Assembly: GCF_035084215.1 (NCBI RefSeq)
Contig: NW_027139591.1
Location: 1 to 64,000 of the forward strand
Direction of reading: 5' to 3'
Source: Heptranchias perlo
Lineage: Eukaryota
Length of the DNA stretch: 64,000 nt
Part shown: positions 13,270 to 26,520 of the stretch, one piece after another
How the letters are laid out: each line of letters opens with the position of its first letter
How positions within the stretch are numbered: position 1 is the first letter of the stretch
Notes under the pieces: model-generated
Told to the model about the DNA's origin: nothing
The model's database searches: none
Seen by the model: the letters and a program-made list of their open reading frames with translations, nothing else
Position numbers and translations under genes: made by a program

Positions 13270-14760
13270 GACACAGGAACAGGAATCGGCCATTTCGCCT
13301 CTCAAGCCTGTTCTGCCATTCATTGAGATCCTGGCTGATCTGTGAGCTGACTCCAGACACCAGCCTTATCCCCACATCCCTTTATATCTTTGGTTACCAC
13401 AAATCTATCAAACTCAGATTTAAAACCAATGGAGCGAGCATTAACTGCCGATTGCGGAAGAGAGTTCCAAACTTCTACCGCCCTTTGCGTCACTCCTGAA
13501 AGTCCTGGCTCTAATTTTTAGACTGTGTCCCCTCGTCCTGGACTCCCCAACCAGCGGAAATAGTTTCTCTCTGTCCACCCTATCAGTTCCCCTTAATATC
13601 TTGAAAACTTCGATCAAATCACCCCTTAATCTTCTAAATTCCACAGAATACAATTCTAGTTTGTGTAATCACTCCTCGTAATTTAACCCTTGGAGCCCAG
13701 GTATCATTCTAGTAAATCTGCACTGCTCTCCCTTCCTAAGGTGCGGTGCCCAGAACAGTACTCCAGGTGTGGTCTAACCAGGGCTTTGTACAGCTGTATA
13801 ACTTCTACCCTCTTGTATTCTAGTCCTCTAGATATAAAGGCCAGCATCCCATTAGCCTTTTTGATTATTTTCTGTACCTGTCCATCACATTTTAATGATC
13901 TATGTACAGGGGCCCTTAAGTCTCTTTGGACCTCCACTGTTTCCAGCTTTTCACCATTTAGAAAGTACTCTGATCTCTCCTTTTTAGGTCCAAAGTGGAT
14001 GACCTCACACTTGCCTACACTGAAATCCATTTGCCACAGTTTTGCCCATTCACATAATCTATTAATATCTCTGTAATTTTATGCTTCCATCTACACTGCT
14101 TACAATGCTGTCTTTCTTTCTGTCATCATAAATACAGTGAATAGTTGAGGCCCCGACACAGATCCCTGTGGGACACCACTAGTCACATCCTGCCTATTTG
14201 AGTACCTGCCCATTATCCCTACTCCCTGTCTCCTGCCGCTCAGCCAACTTCCTAACCAGATCAATAATTTGCCCTCAATTCCATGAGCTTCAACTTTAGC
14301 TAACATTCTCTTATGAGGGACTTTATCGATTGCCTTCCGGAAGTCCATATAAACAACATCCATAGACATTCCCCCATCCATTACTTTAGTCACCTCTTCA
14401 AGGCATGACCCTTTACAAATCCATGATGGCTCTCTCTGATCAGCTGAAAATTCTCGAGGTGTTCAGTCACTCGATCCTTAATTATAGACTCTAGTAATTT
14501 CCCAACAACAGATGTTAGGCTAACTGGTCTATAATTCCCTGGTTTCTCTCTCTCACCTTTCTGAAATAGCGGAGTGACGTGTGCAATTTTCCAATCTGAA
14601 GGAACGGTTCCTGAATCGAGAGAACTTTGGAAGATTATAGTTTGGGCTTCTGGAATGTTCTCACCGACCTCCTTTAAAACCCTGGGATGGAAACCATCTG
14701 GTCCTGGGGATTTGTTACTCTTCAGTGCCATTATTTTCTTCATTACTGTTAATTATGGTA
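13270..14760 (-). mobile_element. CR1 LINE fragment (RT region to 3' end, with deletions and frameshifts)
   Basis: ORF pieces KSPGPDGFHPRVLKE, PGNYRPVSLTSVVGKLLESI, VYMDFRKA, SGVPQGS, KCEVIHFG, YKALVRPHLEYC, RRLRGDLIEVFKI. Confidence 0.93.
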
Positions 14761-15789
14761 AGTCCCCGTCCCTGATTCAGAATTAGTTTCCTACATAATT
14801 AGATGGAGAATACTGTTGGGAAAATAAAAATGGTCTCTTTCATCCATTAAAAAAAGCCCGGTGCCCGGACGCTGAGGTTCTGCACGAGACTGTAATGCAA
14901 GACTTCTGGCTTGGCACTTGAATTTAAAAGTTCCTTCCTAGGCCCATGATCTGCTTGCCACTCCCTCCCTCTTCAGGCCTCCGTTCTGCTGCTGCTCCCT
15001 ACCTCCACCCCAGGGCCCCATTCTTTACTGGTTTTTCCGTCTCTCACACTGCTCCTCATTTGATTTTTCCCGACTGCTCCCGCTTCTGTTTGCTCTCCTA
15101 TGCTGTACGATCCTTGGCTGCCCCGCTGCCCCCATCTCTCTCCAGGCGGACACCCTCCCCAACCTCTCCCTCTCTCAAGTCGCTGCTTTCCTCACAAAAT
15201 CTGGGCCCGAAATTCCTTTGGGGAGTGGGGTGGTGGCAGAGGCAATGTAATCGGGGCTGGATTCTGGAACTGGACCCGGCTGCTCCAGGTCTCCATCCCT
15301 TTTTTCCCCCAAAGTTGGGAAATTTCACCGAGAGTGTGAGGGGTCACCTCTTGTGTCCTTTCCACCCCCCCTCCACCCCCACTCCATGCGGACATCATTG
15401 GAAGAGATGGGACTGTAAACATGGCACCATCCATCAGAACTCCCTCAGTTCCGCTCCCCAGGGCCCCCCAACACTGAGTACTCCTGTAGGGTCCGTATCA
15501 GGACTAGATCCCCGTGGAAGTGACCAAAAGCACTTTACAGTGAAGGATTTTGGACTTTTAAATACCAGTTTTAAGGATTAATTACCTGCTAAAGGAGCTG
15601 AGTTTGGTTAAAAGTATTAATTCAACATCGGAACTGTTGAACTGACTGTTCAAGGCGGCATGCTGGACAGGTTGGCCACGTTGGAAAAGTGTTATTCGAA
15701 CTGCCTGGAAGGCTGGAGATAAGGAGGCCTTGAAATATTGTGGGAGACCATCGTAAACACCAGGTGATGTTTTTGTAGTCTCAGTCCCC

Positions 15790-16277
15790 TCAGATAATGA
15801 AGCAGTCCGTGCCCGCATACAGCTCGACCTGGACAACATCCAGGCTTGGGCTGATAAGTGGCAAGTAACATTCGCACCAGACAAGTGCCAGGCAATGACC
15901 ATCTCCAACAAGAGAGAGTCTAACCACCTCCCCTTGACATTCAACGGCATTACCATCGCCGAATCCCCCACCATCAACATCCTGGGGCTCGCCATTGACC
16001 AGAAACTTAACTGGACCAGCCATATAAATACTGTGGCTACGAGAGCAGGTCAGAGGCTGGGTATTCTGCAGCGAGTGACTCACCTCATGACTCCCCAAAG
16101 CCTTTCCACCATCGACAAGGCACAAGTCTGGAGTGTGATGGAATCCTCTCCACTTGCCTGGATGAGTGCAGCTCCAACAACACTCAAGAAGCTCGACACC
16201 ATCCAGGACAAAGCAGCCCGCTTGATTGGCACCCCATCCACCACCCTAAACATTCACTCCCTTCATGGCATGCTGTG
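15790..16277 (+). mobile_element. CR1-clade LINE RT C-terminal fragment
   Basis: LDNIQAWADKWQVTFAPDKCQAMTIS...PTINILG..IDQKLNWTSHINTVATRAGQRLGIL. Confidence 0.85.
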
Positions 16278-16298
16278 ACGACGACGATGACGACAACG

Positions 16299-16341
<43 letters not shown>

Positions 16342-16760
16342 CCTGAATTTATATAGCGCCTTTAACGTCCCAAGGCACTTCACAGGAGCGATTATCAAAC
16401 AAGACTTGACACTGAGCCACGTAAGGAGATGTTCGGACAGGTGACCAAAAGCTTGGTCAAAGAGGTAGGTTTGAAAGAGCATCTTAAAGGAGGAGAGAGA
16501 GGTGGAGAGGCGGAGAGGTTCAGGGAGGGAATTCCTGAGCTGAGGGCCGAGGCAGCTGAAGGCACGGCCGCCAATGGTGGAGAGATTAAAATTGGGGATG
16601 CGCAAGAGGCCAGAATTGGAGGAGTGCAGAGATCTCGGAGGGTTGTAGGGTTGGAGGAGGTCACAGGGATAGGGAAGGGCGAGGCCAGGGAGGGATTTGA
16701 ACACATGGAGGAATTTTAAAATCGAGGTGTTCCCGGATCGGGAGCCAATGTAGGTCAGCT
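16278..16760 (-). mobile_element. L2 LINE 3' end with (TTG)n/(TCG)n tail
   Basis: ORF2 C-terminus FKSL.GLA.PY..DLLQPYNPPRSL..S...GGRAFS...LSSFK...TYLF. Microsatellite tail at 16278-16342. Confidence 0.85.
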
Positions 16761-17392
16761 AGCACGGGGTGGGAGGGGAACGGGTGACAGGGAGGGAAGG
16801 GAACACCACATTTTCTGGATGCTATTAGGTAGTTTCTGGGTCATATTTTATAGTTGCCTGAGCAAGAGTAAGTGGGCTTGAGCAATCGAATGATACTCCA
16901 GTACCTCTGGCCAGTGGGGTGACTCGGCTGGTATCTCAGGATTGGAGGTAGACTGGACTGTAACTCAAAGAGACTGTGCACAGAGGGTCACCAGTCACTG
17001 TTTTAGACACTCTCTGTGCTGGGTGGTTAAAAGCCACTTTAAACTGACCTCAACTGGGGTGATGGTAGTAGGGCCGCTACATGTGGCCTCAGGGCCCCTG
17101 GGTTAGGGAGGGGACTGTTATCCCCACTCTTAATCAAACAGTGTTGGAACTGTGCGTGTCTGGACATCGGACGGGCCAGGATCTGGCCAGGCTGTGTTGA
17201 AAAGCCTATTGATGCTTAGTGTCAAGGCTCACAGGTGTTTAATGGTCACTGGGGCGATATACTGGAGAGTGACCCCTGTCTGTGGAACCCTATCCAGCAA
17301 GAGGTTAATGGATTCAAGAGAGGAGGAGGAGGAGAGAAGGGAGTTGGTGAGGGAAGGAGTGTCGAGAATTTGCTTTCGATTCAGCGCTTGAA

Positions 17393-17695
17393 ATCCGTAT
17401 TCTAACTCGCACCAAGTCCCGTTCTCCCATCACCCCCTGTGTTCGCTGACCTACACTGGCCCCCGGTCCGGGAACGCCTCGATTTTAAAATTCTCATCCT
17501 TGTTTTAAATCCTCCCGTGGCCTCGCCCCTCCCTATCCCTGTAACCTCCTCCAGCCCTACAACCCTCCGAGATCTCTGCGCTCCTCCAATTCTGGCCTCT
17601 AACGCAGCCCCGATTTTAATCGCTCCACCATTGGCGGCCGTGCCTTCAGCTGCCTAGGCGCTAAGCTCTGGAATTCCGTCCCTAAACCTCTCTGG
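17393..17695 (+). mobile_element. L2 LINE 3' fragment
   Basis: LHWPPVRERLDFKILIL; inverted homolog of 16500-16750. Confidence 0.8.
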
Positions 17696-17889
17696 TTCTC
17701 CAGCAGTCTCCCTCAGGATTCCTGTCTTCTTCCTTCCTGTCTCCACATGGTTCCTGAATCCCCTTCTGTCCGTGATTCTGGCTCCTCTTAAATCCTCTCT
17801 TTGGTCTCCTTCCTCCTGCCCTGTGCTCTGAGGTGTCTCCCTGTACACTGTGTTATTGTAAGTTGCTGTACACAGTCAAAGCACCTCAT

Positions 17890-18340
17890 TGGAACAAAGG
17901 AACAGGAGGAGGCCATTCAGCCCCTCGATCCTGTTCCGCCATTCAATTAGATCATGGCCAATCTGTATCTTAACTCCACCCACCCGCCTTGGTGCCATAT
18001 CCCATAATACCCTGACCTAACAAAAATCGATCAATCTCAGTTGTGAAATTTTCAATTGACCCCCAGCCTCAACAGCATTTTGGGGGAGAGAGTTCCAGAT
18101 TTCCACTCCCCTTTGTGTGAAGAAATGCTTCCTGACATCACCCCTGAACGGCCTGGCTCTAATTTTGAGGTGACGCCCCCTTGTTCTGGACTCTCCCACC
18201 GGAGGAAATAGTTTCTCTCTATCTACCCTATCAAATCCTTCAATGATCTTAATTACAGCACCCGTTAATCTTCTGCACTCAAGGGAATACAAGCCTCGTC
18301 TGTGCAACCTGTCCTCATAATTTAACCCTTTCAGCCTCCA
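17890..18340 (-). mobile_element. CR1 3' end fragment
   Basis: GLYSLECRRL...FDRVDREKLFP..GESRTRG...FFTQRGVEIWNSLP plus the conserved 3' UTR. Confidence 0.88.
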
Positions 18341-18964
18341 GTATGAAAGTACTTCTCATAATGAATGGCGTTTCCCACATTACAACAGTGATGACACTTT
18401 CACATTACTTCACTTTCTGTGACGCGCTTTGGGACATCCTGAGGTTGTGAAAGGTGATGTATAAAAAGATCTTTTGTTCTTTCCGAACCTTCTTGTGCTG
18501 CTTCAGCAGGGTGACACTGAAATCGAAGCAGATTCGAAGCCTGCCCCCCCGTTCCCACCTTCACCTCACAGCAACACAATGGACTTTGGACTGTCCGATG
18601 TCCGATGTGTTGCTCAGGCCCACGACTGACTTTTATTTCTGAGCAAACACTGCCCGTTTATTATAGTCTCTGAGCGGGTCAAGGCCAAAGTGAACTCTGT
18701 GTGTCCGATTGTGGGGAGAATGAGCTGCTGACTCTTCAATAATCAACTGGTGCTCGAGGCAAAAATACTCACAGTGATGTTGATCTGGGTGAATTAGAAT
18801 AAATTGGCATCGAAGCAAATTCACAGACAGATTTTTATGTTAATTTTCAATGCACCGTCTTCGAGTCGCGCTTAACATGAGGCTCCTCAGAACAGCAATC
18901 CATGAGGATAACAGAACATTGAACAATGTCACCAAATCCAGTCAGTGGACGTCATGCTCAAACT

Positions 18965-19445
18965 GAGGGGGAGGGGGAAAGGGGAAGGGGGAGAGCATGG
19001 GGGAGGCAGAGGGATAGGATGTGGGAGAGCGGGAGGGAGAAGGAGAGGGGGAGGGAGACGGAGAGAGGGTGGGGAGGAGATGGGAGTGGGAGATAGTGAG
19101 GGGTAGGGAGATGAGAGGGAAAGGGATGGGGAGGGAGAGGGGACGGGGAAGGGTCGGGAGAGGGATGAGGAGGGAGAGGGGACGGGGATGGAGAAGGAGA
19201 AAGAGAGGTGGAGGATTGGGTGGAATTGTGCAGGGAGAGTGGGAAGGAGGGGATATGAGGAGGGAGGGGGGAATTGGATGAAGAGAGGGAGAGGAAGGGA
19301 AAGGAGATGGGCAGTGGAAGAGGACAAGAAGGGAGATGAGGAGGGGAGGGAGAGGGAGATGGGAGTGAGAGGGTGGGACAGGGAGAGAGGGATGGTGGGA
19401 GGGAGAGGAGGAGGAGGGGACGGGGAGGGAGAGCGAGTCGGGAGA
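18965..19445. repeat. GA-rich low-complexity tract
   Basis: Near purine-only runs of G/A on the + strand. Confidence 0.85.
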
Positions 19446-19459
19446 TTATCTGGTCATTA

Positions 19460-19620
19460 ACTCGTTGCTATTTGTGGGATCTTGCTGTGCGCAAATTGGC
19501 TGCCGTGTTTCCTGCATTAAAACAGTGACTACACTTCACTAATACTTCACTGTCTGTAAAACTCTTTGGGAGGTCCTGAGGTGGTGAAATCACAATAGGA
19601 ATGTGAGTCTCTCTTTTCTT
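19460..19620 (+). mobile_element. Deu-SINE 3' fragment
   Basis: gtgggatcttgctgtgcgcaaattggctgcc...acagtgactacacttca matches the SINE body at 39255-39330. Confidence 0.7.
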
Positions 19621-20154
19621 TGTGGTCCCATTGCCAGTGAGAGTCGGTGCATTGGGAAGAGAATGGGAGGGGTGAAAGTGGGAGTCTGGAATAGACCATT
19701 GAAATACAGGGGGTGTAAACAGATGCGATGGTTCGGTGTTAATTCTGGGCTGGGCCTCAGTGTGAACCCCTGCTGTAAGATGCAGGCTCAGACTCCACTC
19801 CCTGGGACCCAGTGACCAGAACAAGTCCCTCCATTCTAACTGGATCTGGTTATCAGACCTGCTGCACACAAGCACCAATAAGTAGCTTCAGACTCGAGTG
19901 GTGTTGAAAAGTGCAAGAGATTAAGTTACTGTGACAGCAGCTTCTCTCCTGGTTAATCCGTGTCCATGACTGACATTTATTTCTGGGCAAACACTGCCTG
20001 TTTATTGTAGTCTCTGAGCACGTCAAGGCCAAGGTGAACTCTAAGGGGTCGATTTTAACCCCATGAACGGGTGGGTTTGGGTGCAGGTGGGAAGGTAAAA
20101 ATTGTAAAAATCTAAAACCCGCCTTCAAACCGACCACTTCCGGTTTTAACGGCA

Positions 20155-23100
20155 TGGAACCATACAAAAGATACAGCACAGAAGGGGCCATTCGGCCCAT
20201 CGTGTCCGTGCCGGCTCGAAGAACAACCAGGTGCCCATTCTAATCCCACCTTCCAGCACCCGGTCCGTAGCCCTGCAGCTTACAGCACTTTAGATGCAGG
20301 TCCAGGTACTTTTTAAAAGAGTTGAGGGTCCCTGCCTCTACCACCAATTCGGGCAGCGAATTCCATACACCCACCACCCTCTGGGTAAAAGTGTTTTTCC
20401 TCATGTCCCCTCTAATCCTTCTGCCAATCAGCTTAAATCTATGTCCTCTAGTTCTTGAACTCTCCTCTCGGTGAAACAGGTACTTCCTGTCTACTCTATC
20501 TGGGCCCCTCATAATTTTGTACACCTCAATCAAGTCTCCCCTCAGCCTCCTCTGCTCCAAGGAAAACAACCCCAGCCTATCCAATCTCTCCTCCTAGCTG
20601 CAATTTTCAAGCCCTGGCAACATTCTTGTAAATCTTCTCTGCACTCTCTCCAGAGCAATTACGTCCTTCCTGTAATGTGGTGACCAGAACTGCGCACAAT
20701 ACTCCAGCTGTGGCCTTACCAGCATTTTATACAGTTCCATCATTACATCCCTGATTTATTATTCTATGCCTCTGCTAATAACGGAGATCATTCTGTATGC
20801 CTTCTTCACAACCTTATCTACCTGTACTGCCACCTTCAGGGACCTGTGCACATGCACTCCAAGGTCTCTCACTTCCTCTACCCCTCTCAATATATTCCCG
20901 TTTACTGCGTATTCCCTTTTAATGTTTGCCCTCCCTAAGTGCATTACCTCACACTTCTCCAGGTTGAACTCCATTTGCCACTTTTCCGCCCACTCCACCA
21001 ACCCATTGATATCTTCTTGGAGTCTACAGCTATCCTCTTCACTATCAACTGCACGGCCAATTTTTGTCGTCTATAAATTTGCCAATCATGCCCCCTACAT
21101 TCAAGTCCAAATCATTAATATATACCACAAACAGCAAGGGACCCAACACTGAGCCTTGTGGCACACCACTGGAAACGGATTTCCATTCTCAAAGACATCC
21201 ATCGACTTTTACCATTTGTTTCCTGTTACTGAGCCAATTTTGGATCTAATTCACCACATTTCCCTGTATCCCATGGGCTTTTACCTTTCTGACCAGTCTG
21301 CCATGTGGGACCTTGTCAAATGCCTTACTAAAATCCATGTGGACATCACTCTCATCAATCCTCCTTGTCACTTCCTCAAAGAGTTTAATCAGATTTGTAA
21401 GGCATGACCTTCCCTGAACAAATCCATGCTGACTATCCCTGATTAAACCATGCCTTTCCAAGTGACAGTTTATTCTATCTCTCAGTATTGATTCTAATAG
21501 TTTGCCCACCACCGAGGTAAGACTGACCGGCCTATAATTGTTCGGCCTTTCCCTCGTACCCTTTTTAAACAACGGTACTATGTTGGCAGTCTTCCAGTCC
21601 TCCGGTACCTCCCCTGTATCTGGTGAGGATTGGAAAATGATCCTCAGAGCATCCGCTATTTCCTCCCTGGCTTCCTTCAATAGCCTAGGAAACAATCCAT
21701 CCGGCCCTGGTGACTTATCAAATTTCAAGGATTCCAGTCTCTCTAGTACTTCCTCTCTCGTTATGTTTATTTTATCCAATATTTCACACCTCTCCTCTTT
21801 AACGACTACGTCCAGATCATCCCTTTCCCTTATGAATACAAAGACAAAATATTCATTTAAAACCCTACCCACATTCTCTGCTTCTACACACAAGTTACCC
21901 TTATCATCCCTGATAGGTCCCACCTTTTCCTCAGCTATCCTCTTGTTCTTAATGTACTGATAAAACATCTTTGGGTTTTCTTTAATCTTACTCGTTAATA
22001 TTTCTTCATGCCTGCTCTTTGCTTTCCTTATTTCCTTTTTTACGTCATCCCTGTACTTTCTATACTCCTCCAGGCTTTCTGCAGTATTTAGTTTTCTGTG
22101 ACAGTCATAATCTTTCTTTTCCTGCTTTATCTTGCCCCGTATACTTCTAGACATCCAGGGGGCTCTAAATTTGGCAGTGCCACCCTTTTTCTTTGAGGGG
22201 ACGTGTCTGCATTGTACCCGTAGAATTTCACTTTTTAGTGCCTCCCACTGGCTTGCCACTGATTTCTCCTCAAGGAGTTGTGTCCAGTCCACTTCTGCCA
22301 AATCACCTCTAAGTTCTGTAAAATTTGCCTTCCCCCAATTTAAAACATTTACTCCTGATTTAACACTGTCCTTTTCCATAATAATGCTAAAACTAACTGA
22401 ATTGTGGTCACTATCCCCATTATGGTCACCCACTGTCACTTCACCCACTTGCCCATCTTCATTTCCCAGGACTAAATCTAGAATTGCATCCCCTCTTGTT
22501 GGGCTTGTCATGTACTGGCTAAAAAAGTTCTCCTGGACACCAATCAAGAATTTTGCGCCCTCTGTGCCCCTCACACTGTTTGAATCCCAGTTGATGTTAC
22601 GGTGGTTGAAGTCCCCTACTATTATTGCCCTCTTATTTTTGCACTCAGAAATTTGCCTACATATTTGTTCTTCTATCTCCCTTTCGCTATTCGGGGGTCT
22701 AGAGTACACTCCTAGTAGTGTGACTGCCCCTTTTTTATTCCTTAGCTCAACCCATACGGCCTCGATTGATGATCCATTTCGCATATCATCCCTTCTCACA
22801 ACTCTAATTGATTCTTTAACCAATAATGCTACCCCCCTCCTTTTATATCACCCACTCTATCCTGCTTGAACACTCTATATCCAGGGATATTGAGCTGCCA
22901 ATTATCCCCCTCTTTAAGCCAGGTTTCCATTCTAGCAATGATATCATGCTGCCACGTGTCTATCTGTGCCCTTAGCTCATCTGCTTTGTTTGTAATACTC
23001 CTTGAATTGAAGTATATACCCTTTAACCCCGTCAAATTCCTGTGCTGAACACTATGTAACCTTTGCTTTTTTGCATTTCTGAGTTGCTAACTACGTCACT

Positions 23101-23490
23101 AACTGCTTTTCTACTTTGCGTTTCCTGGTCTGAATTTGTCCTATCTGTACCTGTCCTTTGGTTCCCATCCCCCACCATACTAGTTTAAACCCTCCCCAAC
23201 ACAACTAGCAAATGTCCCCACGAGGATACTGGTCCCGGTTCTGCTTGGGTGCAATCCTTTCATCTTGTACAGGTCCCGCCTTTCCCAGAATCGGTCTCAA
23301 TGCCTCAGGAATTTAAACCCCTCCCTCCGACACCATCTCTCAAGCCACGCATTCATCTGGTCTATTCTCCTATTTTCTGCTCTCGCTGGCATGTGGCACT
23401 GGGAGTAATCCTGAGATTACTACCTCAGAGGTCCTGCTTTTTAATTTATTTCCTAACTCCCTATATTCTGCTTGCAGGACCTCATCTGTT
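20155..23490 (-). mobile_element. Long 5'-truncated CR1 LINE: ORF1 3' part (SGNH-esterase-like) plus near-complete but frameshifted ORF2 (APE endonuclease and RT)
   Basis: YFNSRSITNKADEL..ETWL; IVGDFNHRNINW; SDHN; KSPGPDG; NYRPVSLTS; DFSKAFDKVPH; KCEVMHLG; RRLRGDLIEVYKI. The ORF1 end GLN* lies near 23180. Confidence 0.95.
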
Positions 23491-25044
23491 TTTTTTACAA
23501 TACTTCACACTAAATTGTGGGAGTACGACTTAGGTTCAAACTAGTAAAAGGCGACTTGGGACAGACGTCAGGATGATATCTTCCTCATGCTAAAGCCTCG
23601 ATTTTAACCTAACCTGTCCAGAGGGAATGGGATGGATTTGGTTCAGCTTCAATGGAGCGTAAAATCGGGCAGGGTATAAATAGGGCGAACCATGTGACCT
23701 GTTACTAAACGGGGAACAGAGAGGAGACAATAGGAGGGAGTCCACAGTTAAAGTCAGAGGTCCTGTGGTGGGATAAAGTTGATGTAGATAGGGTGGAGTC
23801 AGCTTGGAGCATCAACCAACTGATGTCCAGGTTCGGTGACAGGGTGTGGAGGGTGAGTGAGTCCAGAAGCTATTTGAAGGGTAGATTATCGGAGGACGCA
23901 CTGCTGGGGGGGATTTCCGTGGGGATGAAGAGTCAGGAGGTTTGGAGAATCGATCGCAGAGCAGAAGAACAATGGTGAAGATGGAGGTCACTGTAAGATC
24001 TAGAAGCAGCGGAGGAATGGACTTCGGCCCAGGGGAGTGAATTTCTGGCCAGGAACCAGACTGTAGAAAAATAAAGCTGAAAAACCAGTAGTACAGTCAT
24101 AAACTCAGCAGGTAATAGCTGGGGGATGGGCTGTGGGCTGGACAAAGTTACCTTAACTCTTAAGCAGCTGAGTCTTCCAGTGGAGTAGCGTAGTGTTGAG
24201 AAGTCGAGGAATTTAGAAGCCAAATTTGAGCAAAGATCCAGTTTTCACTGATGTAAACAAAGAGCAGGCCCGGTCGGGCAATGGGCAGTGGGCCCAGGTA
24301 AGTTTAAACTTGCAGCTTGAACTTGTGGGTAGGGGTAAAATGCACCCACTATTAGAGCCAGGGAACTTAAACAGTGGAAGAGAGGAGATTGGGGGAGAAA
24401 GGGCAAAGGATGGCAATGGATGACCAAGGATAGGATTGTCCAGCAAAGGAGCTCCCGAGGGAGCAGCCAGCCCAGGAGCCATCTTGTTAACAGTAGGAAT
24501 CGTAGGAACATAACATTGTACAGCACAGAAGAAGGCCATTTGGCCCATCATGCTATGCTGGCTCTCTGAAAGCGCTACCCACTTTCTTCTGACCTTTGCC
24601 CAGACTCTTTTAAAAAGAAAAATTAAAAAAAATATTTATCCACTTTCCTTTGAGCAGCTATTGTGGGACCTGCTCCCCCCTCTGGTCGGGCAGTCTGACC
24701 AATGCTTTCCTGCTCCAGAACTCCTGGGAGCTCCGAACGGAAGCTGCCACTTCACCAAGCTCTGAGCTTCTAGCCAGTAAAATGAATGGTGGGAGAATCA
24801 CGGCTGAGGAATTTTCCAACGTGGGCGAGTGGTGTCCGCTTGGAGCATTGAAGCAGGAAATCCCAGCCTCCGTCTCCGAACATCCCTCTCCATTAACAAA
24901 ATTCCCCCTAATCTCTCCCTTTGCTCTTGACCTTAAATTTATGCCCTCTAGTTTCCGACTTACTGACCAACGGAAAGTGTTTATTCTCTTTATTTTACCA
25001 AACCCCTGATAGTTTGGACCCCTCTATCAGATCCCCTTGACCAT

Positions 25045-25700
25045 TAGCAATTAGGAAGGCAAATGGTATGTCGGCCTTTATTACAAGAGGATTTGAGTGC
25101 AGGAGTAAAGATGTCTTACTGCAATTATATAGGGCCTTGGTGAGACCACACCTGGAGTATTGTGTGCAGTTTTGGTCTCCAAGAAAGGATATACTTGCCG
25201 TAGAGGAAGTGCAACAAAGGTTCACCAGACTGATTCCTGGGATGGCGGGATTGTCGTATGAGGAGGGATTGAGTAGACCAGGCCTGTATTCTCTAGAGTT
25301 TAGAAGAATGAGAGGTGATCTCATTGAAACATACAAAATTCTTACAGGGCTCGACAGGGCAGACGCAGGGAGGATGTTTCCCTTGGCTGGGGCGTCTGGA
25401 ACCAGGGGTCACAGTCTCAGAATAAGGGGTAGGTCATTTAGGACTGAGATGAGGAGAAATTTCTTCACTCAGAGGGTGGTAAGTCTTTGGAATTCTCTAC
25501 CCCAGAGGGCTGTGGACGCTCATTCATTGAGTACATTCAAAACAGAGATCGATAGATTTCCAGATATTAAAGGCATCAAGGGATATGGGGATAGTGCAGG
25601 AAAATGGCGTTGAGGTAGGAGATCAGCCATGATCTGATTGAGTGGTGGAGCAGGCTCGAGGGGCCGGATGGCCTACTCCTGTTCCTGTTTCTTATGTTCT
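25045..25700 (+). mobile_element. CR1 3' fragment
   Basis: LYRALVRPHLEYCVQFWSP...RRMRGDLIETYKI...FFTQRVV.LWNSLP with a 3' tail ttcttatgttctt. Confidence 0.92.
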
Positions 25701-25769
25701 TATCTCTGTACCAGTGAAAAGAATCCCAGTCTGTTCTCATAACTCAAGCCTCTCATCGGAACCTCGGTG

Positions 25770-26395
25770 TTGGAGGAGGCCATTCAGCCCCTCGAGCCTG
25801 TTCTGCCATTCAATTACATCATGGCTTGATGCATATCTTAACTCCATCTACCAGCCTTGATACCGTATCCCTTAATACCCTTACCTGACAGAAATCCATC
25901 AATCTCAGTTTTGAAATTTTCAATTGACCCCCAGCCTCAACAGCTTTTTGGGGGAGAGAGTTCCAGATTTCCACTCCCCTTTGTGTGTGGAAGAGTTTCC
26001 TGACATCACCCCTGAACGGCCTAGCTCTAATTTTAAGGTTACGCCCCCTTGTTCTGGACTCCCCCCACCAGAGGAAATAGTTTCTCTCTATCTCCCCTAT
26101 CAAATCCTTTAATCATCTCCAACACCTCAATTGGATCACCCCTTAATCTTCTACACTCAAGGGAATACAAGCCTCGTCGATGCAACCTGTCCTCATAATT
26201 TAACCCTCTAAGCCCGGGTATCATTCTGCTAAATCTCCAAGGCCAATCTATCCCTCCTGAGGTGCGGTTCCCAGAACTGAACACAGTATCTCCAGATGTG
26301 GTCTGACCAGAGCTCCGAACAGCTGGAACATAACTTCCTCCCCTTTGTATTCCAGCCCCCGAGATAAAGGCCAACGTTCCATTCGCCATTCCATT
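25770..26395 (-). mobile_element. CR1 3' fragment
   Basis: GLEYKGEEVMFQLFGALVRPHLE; GLYSLECRRLRGD; WNSLPQKAVEA. Confidence 0.88.
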
Positions 26396-26520
26396 TTTGT
26401 AGCTGTCCACCAGATTCCCTGGGATCGCCCGAGCAAATCTCTTCCCGACCTTCTCCGTGAGCTTGACATCCTCTTCAACACATGGTATCCAAAATCGGAC
26501 GCAACGTCCTCACTGTGGCC

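Noticed and set aside
19723-19774. ATG...T/gtaaga 52-bp phase-1 exon (MRWFGVNSGLGLSVNPC) as the class I leader
   Set aside because: Size and phase fit, but there is no hydrophobic core; unsupported.
21246-22823. Active retrotransposon or host gene (525 aa)
   Set aside because: A CR1 ORF2 piece; the element is frameshifted and 5'-truncated.
24690-24980. CCAAT, GGAATTTTCC and GGAAATCCC as a class I enhancer A/promoter
   Set aside because: Short motifs expected by chance, partly next to CR1 debris, and no leader exon follows.
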